Counted from the first letter of the stretch, positions 37,930 through 51,200 are shown. The stretch: DNA of 64,000 nt from Eledone cirrhosa (GCA_964016885.1 OZ024743.1:192262001-192326000); one strand, 5' to 3'. The notes: generated from the letters alone by a model not told the origin. Translations and numbers: made by a program.

Positions 37930-37934
37930 ACACA

Positions 37935-38430
37935 AATATAAATATTGTTATACTTTGAGAGGATCATGCTACCAATAAAAAACACAGGCACCTGTTGGTT
38001 TTCACTTCAATTTATTATAAACTTTCAGTCAGTTAGTTTGATAATTGAATGGTTGTTTATTTGTTTATCATCAAAGCTCTTTCCTCACTATCTGTGACCT
38101 CCTCAGGGATTAATTTGTTATTTTGTGTCACCCCTTTGTTTTCTCCTAGCTCACAAAAACGAGATGGTGTAGGAAAGAACAAAGGAGAGACACAAAATAA
38201 CAAATTAATCACTGATGGGGTCACAGAATGTGTGATGAAAGAGCTTTAACAATAAACAAATAAATAACTATCCAGTTATTAAACTGACTGGAAGTTTATA
38301 ATAATTTGAAGTGAAATGTAACAGGTGCATGTGTTTTTATAGGCAGCATGACCCTCCCAAAATATAACAATATCTGTTTCAACAAACATTTTCAGATAAG
38401 AAACCTTGCAAAACCAATACAAAAACAAGG
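37935..38430. mobile_element. Foldback/MITE family F (long imperfect palindrome centred ~38160)
   Basis: Arms ~210 bp, e.g. aaagctctttc...gattaatttgttattttgtgtc / gacacaaaataacaaattaatc...gaaagagcttt. Confidence 0.85.
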
Positions 38431-38614
38431 TACAAATATAAATATTTAACTTTAATCTAATTATCCATACTTTACCAACACCTGAATGATAAACAAACAC
38501 ATTGAAGTTCTTTCACTAATTACTGTCACCACTCCCTTTACTTTTGTTCTAAACCTGACAATAACTTACCAATATGCCAATTTGTTTATATATAAATTCC
38601 TTTCTTTTTATATA

Positions 38615-39170
38615 CCATATATACTCGAGTAATAGTCAATCTCATGTAAAAGTCGACCCCCTATTTTTGGCCAAAAATTTTGGAATTTTCCATAGACATC
38701 ATATAAAAGTTGACCCTAGTATTTCATGGATAACAGGTCAACATTTGTGGGTCAAGGTATCATCTTGAAAGTAAAAATAACAGTTATAAAATTGTTATAA
38801 ATTGAATGCAAATTTATATTATTGCAAAATACATGATTGAAATTAAAATATTAACCAAATGGATCTGTTAAGTTTGATGGATACGAGTAAAAGAGTATGT
38901 GTAAATATTCATAAGAGCTACTTGGTCTTGTTTATATATTTTGTTATTTACTGGAATGTGTGTTTTGATGCATAGAATCTATAATACTAATGTAATTAAT
39001 TTTTTGTTATTTGTTTAAAGATCAGTTGGGCTTCTGCTACTGATACAGTACTTTTGAATCTAGCTTTAATTTCATACTGTTCGAAAGTAGTATTCATATC
39101 ATAGTAGACCCCAGAAATTTAACCTTAAAATGATTTTTAAAATGTTTGACTTTTACATGAGTATATACGG
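38615..39170. mobile_element. Tc1/mariner-superfamily (Tc2/pogo-like) MITE
   Basis: TIR ccatatatactcgagtaatagtcaa / ttgacttttacatgagtatatacgg; TA on both flanks. Confidence 0.8.
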
Positions 39171-39189
39171 TATATCTATATTCCAACCA

Positions 39190-39430
39190 ATTTATTCAAC
39201 AACATTGCATAAGCTTAAAATACATACATACACACACAATCACCTGCATTTAAGACTCAATATAGATTAATCAACAAACACATCTGGTTCTTCCTCACAA
39301 ATAGATTCTCCAGCCTTCTGATCTCCTACTACTACTCAGCCCTATATAAACTTGTATAAAGAAGCCAGATTCCACCATAAGAAGTAGCCAGATGAAGTGA
39401 TTAAGCTGAAACTTGGAAGTTACTGCTCTG
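39190..39430 (+). mobile_element. Possible Penelope pLTR remnant with degenerate hammerhead
   Basis: tatataaa box followed by agtagc-CAGATGA-agtgattaagct-GAAA-cttggaag-TT-actgct. Confidence 0.4.
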
Positions 39431-40980
39431 TTTCTACACAGCATATGAAATGATATATCAACAGAGTTCTATTATTGTATTGTGAAGAAGAAAACTTCGG
39501 ACGTTAAATGAAGATGATGATAACGAAATCTACCAGAAAAATTAGGTAAATCATTTCCAAATATTGTATGTTGTTGTTTTAGTTTACACATCTTTCAAGA
39601 AACCCTTTTCAAGTATCTTATTCATTTTAAATTTAATAATTCGTGGAATAATTTAAGAAGTTTTATTTTGTCACATTTTTGCCATTGTCATTTCACAAAT
39701 TGTCAGTAAGGTCAAAGACAGTGCTCTTCTCTATTTAGCTACATATTGAGTTCAAACCTTGCCAAGTACGACTTTACCACCAGCTTCTTAGTCATTTTGA
39801 TTGCATTTTCATTGTATAATCGGCATTGCAGCCAGTGGTGTATTGGGGGAGCAGGGGAAGCAGTACCCTTTTCTTTGAACACAATCTTTAAAAGTGGTGC
39901 ATAACAATTATTTAAACTCATTCTTCCCAAGTAAAATAAAAGTTGAGTCCGATTATTTTTTATTAATATTTGGGAATTTTTGGAATTTGATTGCACTTCC
40001 AGTGTTTTGAACTGTGTACTCAGTCTTCTGTGATACATTGGGTGCTGCAGGTAACCAAAATAAACTATGGTACCATAACCTACTCTCTGTCACTTGGTGA
40101 CCTTGCAAAGTTTATCTTTTTCATGTCATAAATCACAAACTCAGGTTTCATACATAATGACACTGTTTATAAAACATAAAATTAATGAATGTAGAAGACG
40201 ATTATATAATATATAATATAGTTAAGGAAATACTTCTCATCATATAAGAGAAATGGGCGTGCACTTACACTACTCATTTGTTGATAACCGAAAGTCAAAG
40301 ATGAACTAAGGATCTTCGCAAGCCTTCCTTCAGTTTGTTCAGAAGATACATTAGGTTATCTTTATTGGTTTGAAGAACCATGAATCACAGGCAGCCGTAG
40401 ATGGGTAAATGGCTTTTTGTGTGGAATTCCAGGCTCTTAAATTCCTAAGTTTTCTTCAGAACATGCACTAAAATGCTTAGATTGTACAAAACATAAACTG
40501 TCATCAATGGATTACAAATGAAAGTTTATACAAAAACTTGCCAAAGATAACAACTACAATTGCTTAAAGATTATTACAATTTGCAGGACATTGCTGGAGA
40601 AGTAAATAGGAAATTATACACAAGCTACTATTGTGGGAACCAACTCACGGGGAGATGCAGTACTGGAAGACTTGCTCAAACCTTCATCACTCAACTCTCA
40701 GACATTACAAACCTTGATACAGAGTAGTTGCCAGGTGCAATGGAAAATCATGAATTATGGAGAGACTTTGTCAGTAATATTCGACAGTGGTCGCAATCAT
40801 GATGGTGATACATTCCTATAGTCTGTAAAGATATTGACAGAATATCTATATAGATAGACATAGATATGTTCCAAAAAATATGTACATTAGGTTCTGTAAA
40901 TATTGTTAGGGAATTCTCACACAGCATTTGTTAACTTTGAACAATTTTAAGCAGCATAAGTTTTACATAATTCTTTTTTA

Positions 40981-40983
<3 letters not shown>

Positions 40984-41015
<32 letters not shown>

Positions 41016-41130
41016 TGTTTCTACTTTAGGCACAAGGCCAGCAATTATCCAGTACATTACTGGTACTCTATTTTATCGACCCCGTAAGGATGAAAGGCAA
41101 AGTTAACCTCGGCAGGAATAATAATAATTA
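40984..41130 (-). mobile_element. (TAA)n tract plus 5'-truncated SINE
   Basis: (aat)n, SINE tail and core, then (aat)n again. Confidence 0.88.
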
Positions 41131-41229
41131 AAAAACAAAAAGGAAAAAAACAAACAAAAAAAACTAAGTCAGACATTCAAACGTTACAATGAAACTTATG
41201 TTTATTTTTTTAAGTTTTTATCTATTTGT

Positions 41230-44200
41230 TTGTTTATTTATTTATGTTCGTCTACAGCGTGATGGTGCCACGCTAAAATCACCGGGGGTGATGAAATCAA
41301 TGGGGGTGATGAAATCACCGGTGATTATGTAACCATACATTCACCAATCCTCGATATGAGTGTTTAAATGTTGAACCTAAACAGTTCGAATAACGGTGAA
41401 GAGGAGACTGGAACGTCATGTGACAGACTCTCACCCAGCAAGTGCTCCCTGGCCCAGCAGCAGGGACCTGGCTGTCATCCAAATACTGCTGATGTTGGAG
41501 GAAGAAGAAGAAGGAAAGGGACAAGAACCAACTGGATGAAAGAATTGAATAGAACTGTCATGGAATGTTACCTGAAGAGTAACCCCATGGGAAAAGGCTA
41601 TAGGAAACGGATGCATAACATCTGGAACGAGATTGGTCTATTTAAATTAGATGAACAAAAATTGGCTGAGCAGGGTCGGGTAATAAGAACTGATGGATGG
41701 TTAAGCGAGTTGGAACTGGAGGAACTGAGCAGAGAGATTAGGTTGGAAATGGAGAGTGGAGTATGTCAGGCATACCAGTGGGAAATGAAGGTGAAGAGGT
41801 TGAGAAACCTGAGGAAGCATCCGAAGCAGACAATGATCTGAATGCTGAAATAAATAACATCTGGAACAAGATACGGCCATTGAGGAAATGAATGCTGACG
41901 GGCTAGGACAAGATTTGGTTGATATCCTGAACTTAGTGGTAGATGAAATGAACAATGATAGTGGAAAACCTATGAACCTAAGATTTGTAGACAGGAAAAA
42001 GTTAAAAGAAACAACAGCTAAGGTAAACAAAGTCATTCCATACCTTGAGGCGAGGAACCTTCACCAATGCAACAATATCCTAAAAGCAACAGCAAATGCG
42101 GTGAGGAAATTACTTGGCATAAAAACGAGAGGAAACAACAAACAAGAAAGATCAGAACCTTGATGGATGAAACAACTGAATGGTCAAATCAAGGAAATGA
42201 GAAAAGACATTGGAAAGCTTGAGTCCCTACTGAATGGGACATTACAAAACATAGACACTAAAAATAGATTGGAAATAAAGTACAAAACTAGGGGGAAAAA
42301 GCTAAATATTATCATAGAGTAACTGAAGCAACGCATTGTAGCAAAAAGTGCAAAGATTAGGCGGTATTAGAGCAGAGTCAGTCAGTATAGACAACAACCA
42401 GAAAATGTTGTTTGGACAGCTTGAAGGGAAAGAAAGAGGCAACGACTTGATCCCTGAGGCGGAACAGACTAAGACATTCTGGAGAGGATATGGGAGCAGG
42501 ATGTTGAACATAATAGTCAGGCAGTGTGGATTGACAAAAGGAAATTAGTAAAAAGGCTCACCAACAACCTGATTTGAGTATCACAGTTGAAACTCTTAAA
42601 GGGCAGGCCAAAAAAATGGAAATCACCAGGCCCAGATGGTGTGCAAGGGTATTGGATCAAAAATATAACATCCCTCCACCCGAAACTGACAACCATGTTC
42701 AATGACTGCTTGATATCGGGTGAGGTACCAGAGTTGTTGACAAAAGGTACCACAGTTATGGTAATGAAAGAGCAAATCAAGGGTAATGATGTTACCAATT
42801 ATAGACCTATAACATGCCTGTCTGTAATGTGGAAACTGTTAACAAGCATTGTGTCTGAGGAAACCATCACCTCCACATAAACAACTTGTTACAGGATGAA
42901 GAGAAAGGATGCCGAAAGAAGTCCCGTAGTACAAAAGACCAGTTACTTATTGATAAGATGGTAATGAGGAATTGCAAGAGGAGACACACTGGTCTTGCCA
43001 TGGGATGGATAGATTACAAAAAGGCATTCGACATGGTACCTCATTCTTGGATAACCAAAAGCCTAGAGATCTTCAACGTGGCAGATAACATCAGACAGTT
43101 GTTGAGCAAAAGTATGAAGTCCTGGAAAACAGAGTTAACATTGGGTGGAGAATCCTTGGGAGGCGTGAAGATCAAGAGAGGTATCTTCCAGGGAGATAGT
43201 TTGTCCCCTCTGCTGTTTGTCCTTGCCCTGATACCCCTAACCATTATATTGCGAAAAGTGAGAGCAGGATACAAGTTGGGAAAAGGAGAGCTTACCATCA
43301 ATCACCTCCTCTTCATGGACGATCTTAAACTCTTTGGGAAGAGTGAGAAGGAGTTGGATGTACTTGTTGACACTGTCCGTATTTTCAGCAATGATATATG
43401 TATGGAATTTGGTATTAATAAGTCCTAGTGATGAAGAGGGGTAAATTGAGCAGAAGCAACGGAATCCAGGTACCAAGAGATGATAAAGGAAATTGACACT
43501 GAAGAAGGATACAAATATTTAGGTGTTCTGGAGGCAGATGACATCAAGAACAAAAAATGAAGTAATTGATAAGATCTGAGTACATTAGGAGAGTAAGGAG
43601 CATATTGAAATCACATCTAAATGTAGGAATGTCATAAGTGCAGTGAATTCCCGAGCTGTGTCTATTATTAGGTACAGTGGAGATTGGTGGAGTACAAAGG
43701 TGGAGATTGGCAGTATCAGTGGAGGGTCGGACGCCCTGCTTTCCAGCATAGTTACGTCCCTTTACGATCTGAGTTCAAATCCCGCTGAGGTTGACTTTGC
43801 CTTTCATCCTTACGGGGTCGATAAAATAAAGTACCAGTAATGCACTGGGTAATTGCTGGCCTTGTGCCAAAAGTAGAAACAATTATTAGGTACAGTGCGG
43901 GAATTCTGAAATGGAATGTTGCTGAACAAAAAGAAATGGATAGGAAGACTAGGAAGCTATTGACTATCTACATGTTCCACAAGAAGAGTGATGTTGATAG
44001 ACTCTACTTAAAGAGATCTGAAGGTGGAAGAGGTCTTATCAGCATAGAGGGCTGTGTTCAGATGGAGAAAAACAACCTGCACAAATACGTGACTGACAGT
44101 AAGGAGCCAATACTCAAAATTGTACTGAAGGAGAAGACAATAGACCAGGGGATGTCCAAGGAGGAAATAACAAGAAGGAGGAAGAGCAACCTTCATGAAA

Positions 44201-45025
44201 AATCCCTTCATAGTACCTTCTTTAAGAAAACTGAATTTAGAGATCCACAGACATGGAACTGGTTAAAAAGTAGAGACCTTAAAAAGGCTACAGAAGGAAT
44301 TCTAATGGCTGCGCAAAAGCAGGCCCTCAGAACAAGTGGGTGAAACACCATATTTACAAGGAGGAGGCTAGCCCACTGTGTAGGATCTGTGGAGAGAGAG
44401 AGGAGACTGTGGCTCACATTGTATCCGAGTGTAAACACCTAACCCAGACTCACTATAAAGGCTGGAGACATGATGTGATAGGCAGAGTGATCCACTGGCA
44501 CCTATGCAAAGCAAACAATTTACCACATTCTGAGAAGTGGTATGAGCATAAGCCAGAGTCGGTGATAGAAAATGATCAGGTGAAGGTACTATGGGATTTT
44601 AGGATACCGACGGACAAGAAATTAGAACACAATAAGCCTGACCTGGTGGTTTTGGACAAGGAAAAAGGATTGTGCCTGATTGTAGATGTAGCCTGCCCAT
44701 TTGACACGAGAGTGCAAGAAAAGGAGAGGGAGAAAATTAACCGATACCAGGACTTAAAGTGGGAGGTAAAAAGGATTTGGAACTGCCATGAAATCAAGGT
44801 CGTCCCGATTGTCATAGGAGCACTAAGTACTATCTCAAAGAGTTTCCAAGGATGGTTAAAGAAAATTATTCCAGCCCCGCTTTTTGGAACACTTCAAAAG
44901 GCATGCTTGCTGGAAACAGCAAGAACCCTCCGATACGTCCTGAATGTCTGAGGCTGCAGGAAGTGGCTTGATATTCATTTCAACAAACTTTCCAGTTAAA
45001 TAACATCAATGACTGAGACTCAAAA
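41230..45025 (+). mobile_element. Near full-length Dong/R4-clade LINE (RT, CCHC, RLE), disrupted
   Basis: [108 protein letters not shown]; ends in (TAA)n. Confidence 0.93.
43680..43881 (+). mobile_element. tRNA-derived SINE inserted in the Dong ORF, 16-bp TSD
   Basis: TSD attattaggtacagtg at 43664-43679 and 43882-43897; A and B boxes and core intact. Confidence 0.95.
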
Positions 45026-45047
45026 AATAATAATAATAATAATGAAA

Positions 45048-45270
45048 TAATGGTTTCTGATTTAGGCTCAAGGCCAACAATTTCAATAGAAAAGGAAAGT
45101 CGATTAAATCGACTCCAGTGCATTACTGGTACTTTATTTTATCGACCCCGTAAGGATGAAAGGCAAAGCTAACCTCAGTGGGTTTTGAATTCAAAATATA
45201 AAGGGCCGTAACTCTATGCCACAAAGCAGAGTGTCCAACTCTCTACCGATACTGCCAATCCACTGCCCTT
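45048..45270 (-). mobile_element. tRNA-derived SINE (longer subfamily)
   Basis: Core and head; flanked by (TAA)n. Confidence 0.9.
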
Positions 45271-45297
45271 TATAATAATAATAATAATAATAATAAT

Positions 45298-46610
45298 GAT
45301 TTCTTTATTAACCACAAGGGTTGACACAAAGTAGACATTAAGGACAGTACAGGACAATACAGGACGGTACAAATGGGCATTTCTGCATGTAAAAAAAACA
45401 AAAAACAGAGGATGTAACAAAAAAAGAACAATGAAAAATTCCCCAATAGGGGGAGACTTCCGAGGGCCATCGTGGAGAAAGTCCATTAAAAAAAGCCACG
45501 GTGACCCTGACCACCAAGGCAAGTGCCCTCTCCCAGTTTTCCACCTTCAATTTACAGGCACATACTCAGAGTAGGTCCATTCACTCGGGCCATTCTTGCC
45601 TCTCTCCCCCATCTTTCAACAAAATGCTGGGAAGAGAGCACCTCCCTCTCTACTCTGAATTTTCTTTTCAAGTGAAATTTGAAAAAGTTAATCAGGGCAT
45701 CACCGAAGAGGTAAGTGCTCGTCTTCAGCCCTTTCAGAGGCATCCACCATACTATCTCTTTCGCCTTGGCCACCAGACAGATAAAAACTGCCTGCCCTTC
45801 CCGGCTAAAGGAAGAGGGCGGGGCAATCCTCACGATGGACTCAGCTGATAGCCGGATCCGTTCTACACGTGACAGCAGGTGTTCAACATAAACCCACAAG
45901 TCAACAATGTTCAGACACTGGACGAGTGCATGCAGGATGGTTTCGTCGCCCTGCGCGCATCTCGGACATGCCCGGCTGACGGCACCTCCATGCCTGTAGA
46001 GTTTATCCCGAACTGGCAAAGCTCCTCGGTAGCCAGGCCAGGGATTTCTGGAAATTGTTCATAGGCCCCGGCCCAAAAGTTCTTCCGAAGAGATTGGCTA
46101 GTTGATTTTCGTTGATGCCTAGAGTTTCCCCAAGTACGTCGTCGCTCTTCCCCTCCACTAATCCTCTATAGAACGCCAAGGTGGAGTTTCCACCAATCAC
46201 ATTGCCCGACTGGTCAAGGGCCGTGAGCGCCTGAAGACATTCCAGTCTCCAAGCGGTCCCTCTTGGTCTTTGCTTGACCCAGGACTGCAGCTACGTCAAG
46301 GAGACGAGCTGGGGAATAACACGTCTAGCAAACGGCGACCACACCTGATCACTGTTGAGGAAGAGGTGGAGATGTCATAGCCTGAGCGCGTGTCTGCGCA
46401 TCATTAGCCACAGCATGCCCAGCCCTCCATGTAGTGGGTGTTGACAGCAGATGGACCGCCTGACCATTGGAGCGCGTCCCTTCCACAAAAAGCGAAAGAG
46501 CAAATGCTCCAGTGCAGTCAGGCGAGGCTTAGGACAAGTCACGACGGTCAGACGGGAGTAGATGACGGACGCGATGTACGCATTTGCCACCTCCGCTCGG
46601 CCTTTCAGGG
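45298..46610 (-). mobile_element. 5'-truncated L1/Tx1-clade LINE
   Basis: FRFLWKG...QHPLHGGLG, PVRDKL, CPRC..DETILHALVQC; minus 3' end aataaa then (TTA)n. Confidence 0.85.
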
Positions 46611-47129
46611 ATAATAATAGCTTCTAATTTTGGCATAAAGCCAGCATTTTTAAGGGGAAGGGAAAGTTAACTATATTAAGCCTAGTATTTCATTCTACTT
46701 TATTTTATCAGTTCTGGAAGGATGAAAGGCAAAGGTAATTTTGGCAGAATGTAAAAAGCTGGAACAAATACTGCAAAGTTTTTGTCTGATATGCTAATGA
46801 TTCTAGAAATCCCCCACCCAAACAATCATAATAATAATGGTTTCTGATTTAGGCACAAGGCCAACAATTTGGGGGAAGGGGAAAGCTGATTAAAATGACC
46901 CCAGTAGCTTACTAACACTTTATTTTGAATAATAATAATAATAATAATTGTTTCTACTTTTGGCACAAGGCCAGCTATTACCCCAGTGCATTACTGGTAC
47001 TTTATTTTATCGACCCCGTAAGGATGAAAGGTAAAGTTAACCTCGGCGGGATTTGAACTCAGAATGGCAAGGGCTGTAACTCTATGTGTCAAAGCATGGC
47101 GTCCGACCCTCTACCGATACTGCCAATCC

Positions 47130-47164
<35 letters not shown>

Positions 47165-47179
47165 TTTTATCGACCCTGA

Positions 47180-47210
<31 letters not shown>

Positions 47211-47225
47211 AAGAAGAAGAAGAAA
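46611..47225 (-). mobile_element. Cluster of three to four SINE copies/fragments separated by (TAA)n, then (GAA)n
   Basis: SINE tails at ~46620, ~46838 and ~46948; core fragment at ~47163; (gaa)n 47181-47224. Confidence 0.85.
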
Positions 47226-49456
47226 AGATACCATCATGACTAGTTAAAGGCATTACACTCCTACTTCCGAAGAATGATGAGACAAACAATCCCAAAAATT
47301 ACAGACTGATAACTTGCTTGACCACAATGTATAAAATTTTAACATCAGTCCTAACTGAATATACATATGATCACCTGATAACAAATGACCTATTTCCCAT
47401 TGAGCAGAAAGGGTGTAAACAAGGCTCATGTGGCTGTAGGGATCAGCTTTTGGTTAACAAAATGATACTGGAAGATTGTCATAATAGACACAAAAATCTA
47501 TCAATTGCTTGGATAAATTACAAAAAAGCATTCGATAGTTTGCCACAGAGTTGGATTGAAAAATGTTTAGAGATTTTCAAAATATCTCCCGTTGTCAGGA
47601 GGTTTTTGTCATTCAGTATGAAGACATGGAAAACGACACTCCTTTTGAATAGTGAAAAAAAAATCACTGGAAGCTGGAGAAGTTAATATTAATTGTGGAA
47701 TTTTTCAGGGTGAATTTTTATCACCGCTTTTATTCTTCATCACACTTATACCATTAAGTAAAATGCTCAATCAAACAAAACATGGATATAAAGTCTATGA
47801 CAAAACCATTAATCACTTGTTCTACATGGATGACCTGAAACTATTTGCAAAAAATGATGAGCAATTGCAAGAGCTATTATCCACTGTGAAGCAGTTCAGT
47901 GATGACATTAAATGGAGTTTGGACTAGATAAATGCGCCAAAGCAACGTTCACCAGAAGAAAGCTGCTGAAAAGTTCAGACATTAATCTTGATTGGGGGAA
48001 TGTGATAAGAGAACTTGATCAAGAGGAAACTTACAAATATCTAGGTGTTTGTGAAGGAGACGGAATCAAGCACTCAACAATGAGGGAAAGGATAAGGAAG
48101 GAATGTTACCGCACCGTAAGAGCAATCTTAGAACGGAATTGAATGCAAGGAATAGGATCGATGCCATAAACACCCTTGCCATACCAGTAGTAACCTACAG
48201 TTACAATGTCATCAACTGATCAAGCACAGAGATCAGTAGACTCGATACAAAAATTAGAAAATTCTTAACCATGCACAGAATACATCACCCTAAGGCAGAT
48301 TCAGATAGAATATATCTCCCTAGGAAAGAAGGAGGACGTGGGTTAATCCAGTTAGATATTGCGTTGAAAACTGCAACAATTGGATTATCTACATATCTAA
48401 GGGAATCACATGATTGGATGATCAAACTCGTTTTGAAACACGAAAGCATCAAAAGATTGAACTCCATTACAAAAGATGCACAAAGATACAGTAATAGACT
48501 GCAAATTTCAGAAGTTCCATTTACTGATGAAATGAAAAACACAGAAAAAGCAAAGCAGGTAAAAGTAACTGGAAAGAAAGAACTGCTACAGAAACTGGCT
48601 AAGAAATGGCAAGAAAAGCCTCTGTATGGAAAATACCCAGAAAGAGCTAACAATCCTGATGTTGACAAAACTTTAATCCATCAGTGGTTGGCATCCTCTG
48701 GACTGAAATCGGAGACTGAAGGACTAATTATATCAGCACAAGATCAGTGTCTGCCAACAAAAAATTGATGCAACCCATTATGCCGTGTATGTAAAAAACA
48801 ACTAGAGACCATTGATCATATAATTTCAATGTTCAGTCCTATAGCTCCAACCAAATACCTAAACAGGCACGACAGAGCTGCACAATACTTACATTGGATA
48901 ATGTGTAAGCATTTTGACCTGCCCCATCAAAAGAATTGGTGGGAGCATCAACCACCTCCCATACTAGAAAAAGATCACATCTCAATCTTGTGGAACTTTA
49001 GCATCCAAACAGACCGAAAAATAGATGCAAATAGACCTGATATAATTGATATGTCCGTTCCAATAGACAAGAATGTATCTATAAAAACATTTGAAAAATT
49101 GAGCAAGTATAAGGACCTGGAGATAGAAATTGGAAAAATGTGGAAATTGAGAACTAAAACAATACCAGTGGTTGAAGGCGCTCTGGGAATGATACCTAAG
49201 GGTTCTAATGATTACTTATCGTAAATCCCAGGAAACCCGCATATAGGAGAAATACAAAAGATAGTACTAATGGGAACTGCCCATATACTAAGGAAGATTC
49301 TGTCAATATAAGTACATCACAAGTCTAAACACCTAAAGATGCATGTGTGAATATGTGTGTTCTTTCTTGAACATGGCAGACCTTGTTGTCTCTTGAGGTC
49401 ACTGGTTGTGACTTGGTGATAACTCATATGAACATAAAGCAAGATAAATGCAACTG
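47226..49456 (+). mobile_element. 5'-truncated Dong/R4 LINE (second family)
   Basis: EQKGC..GCRDQLLVNK, WINYKKAFD, GIFQG..SPLLF, HLFYMDDLKL, GGRGL, ETEGLIISAQDQ, RHD, NRPDI; (TAA)n tail. Confidence 0.92.
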
Positions 49457-49475
49457 TAATAATAATAATAATAAT

Positions 49476-49648
49476 AATTGTTTCTAGTTTTGGCACAAGA
49501 CCAGCAATTATCCCAGTGTATTACTGGTACTTTATTTTATCGACCTCGTAGGGATGAAAGGCAAAGTTAACCTCGGCGGGATTTGAACTCAGACCATAAA
49601 GGGCCGTAACTCTTTGCTGCAAAGCATGGCATCTGACCCTCTACCGAT
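49476..49648 (-). mobile_element. tRNA-derived SINE with clipped head
   Basis: Tail, core and B box present; joins the next Dong copy directly. Confidence 0.9.
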
Positions 49649-50885
49649 AAGCAGATGTGGATCGTCTTTACCTTCCTAGAACTCAAGGAGGGCGTGGCCT
49701 GATCCAATTTGAACTTGCTTACAAGACCACCATCATTGGACTGGCCAAATACCTTGAAACAACTAACGACTGTATACTGAAACTTGTTGAAAAGCATGAG
49801 AGAAGTAAGAAGCTTCATTCTATCTTGAAGGAGAGCAAAAAATATGCTACTGATCTCATGCTTGATACCCAGGCTGGACAGATTAAAGAAACTGTTGCAA
49901 CTGATGCTGCTAGGCACATAAAATCACTGGCAAAAGCAAAAAGGCAAGGACAATTAGCATCAAATTGGGATCAGAAACCTCTGCATAGCAAACAAGCTGA
50001 TGTTGACCAAAAGCACACCCATCAGTGGCTATGTAGTTCAGGGCTAAAGGCCGAGAGTGAAGGCTTCATCTTAGCTGCCCAAGATCAAAGCTTATTGACT
50101 TGTAATTACCAGGCCAATGTGATGAGAAACGGAACAAACCCAAAGTGCCGATTCTGCAATGCTGAAGTTGAAACAGTGGATCACTTAGTCTCTGGATGTA
50201 AAGTTTTAGCACCAGTAGAATACAAATATAGACATGACAGAGTTGGCCAATATCTACACTGGGTAATATGTCGGCATTACAAAATAAAAGCTGAAGACAA
50301 GTGGTACAATCATCATCTCTGGGATTTTCCTGTACATACTAACAGGACCATAAAAGCAAATAGAGACATCATTGTAAAAGATCAACATAACAAGGTCTGT
50401 TTATTGATAGATATGAGCATCCCATGTGATCACAATATCGTGGCAAAAGAATTTGACAAGCTACGAAAATATAAAGATCTGCTTATTGAAATTGAGAAAA
50501 TGTGGCACATCAAGGCCGTTACAATATCAGTGATTGTAGGAGGACTGGGAATGATCAAGAAAGGAACAGAACAATATTTGCGAATGATTCCTGGTTTACC
50601 CTCTCTGCACGAGGTGCAAAAAAAATTGTTTTGACTGGTACTGCACACGTATTGAGAAGAGCACTATCTCTGTAAGATTGACTTCCCTCCTTGTATTTAC
50701 ATATGCATATGCACATGTGTATATATATATATGTATACTGTTTTTGTTTTTGTTTTTTGTTTTTTTTTATTATAATCAATGTGCTGTATTAACTGGCTTA
50801 CCAATGTACACTGTGAATTTATTTGCCCTAGGTGTCAGGAAGACACTCAGCATATATCTCAGAAACAATAATGAAAGAAAATAAA
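49649..50885 (+). mobile_element. 5'-truncated Dong/R4 LINE (third family)
   Basis: 325-aa ORF DRLYLPRTQGGRGL...AAQDQ...CRFC..ETVDHLVSGC...RHD...IDMSIP...KYKDL; (TAA)n tail. Confidence 0.92.
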
Positions 50886-51000
50886 AATAATAATAATAAT
50901 AGTAGTAATAATAATAATAATAATAATGGTTTCTTTATTTTAATAATGGTTTCTTTATTGGCCACAAGGGCTAACATGAAGAAAAAATAATAATAGTAAT

Positions 51001-51200
51001 AAGATAGTACTAATGGGAACTGCCCATATACTAAAGAAGATTATGTCAATATAAGTACATCACAAGTCTTAGCACCTAAAGATGCATGTGTGTGTATGTG
51101 TGTTCTTTCTTGAACATGGTGGACCTTGTCTCTTGAGGTCACTGGTTGTGACTTGGTGATAACTCGTATGAACATAAAGCAAGATAAATGAAAAACAAAA
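51001..51200 (+). mobile_element. Short 3'-end copy of the second Dong family
   Basis: Closely similar to 49258-49450; (TAA)n on both sides. Confidence 0.9.

Noticed and set aside
39443-39546. Possible 5' UTR exon (acag...ag|gtaaat)
   Set aside because: Splice signals are weak and common in AT-rich DNA; cannot be supported without RNA data
40295-40345. Hammerhead-like ctgaaggaaggcttgcgaag on the minus strand
   Set aside because: Both core boxes deviate and the stems are unconvincing
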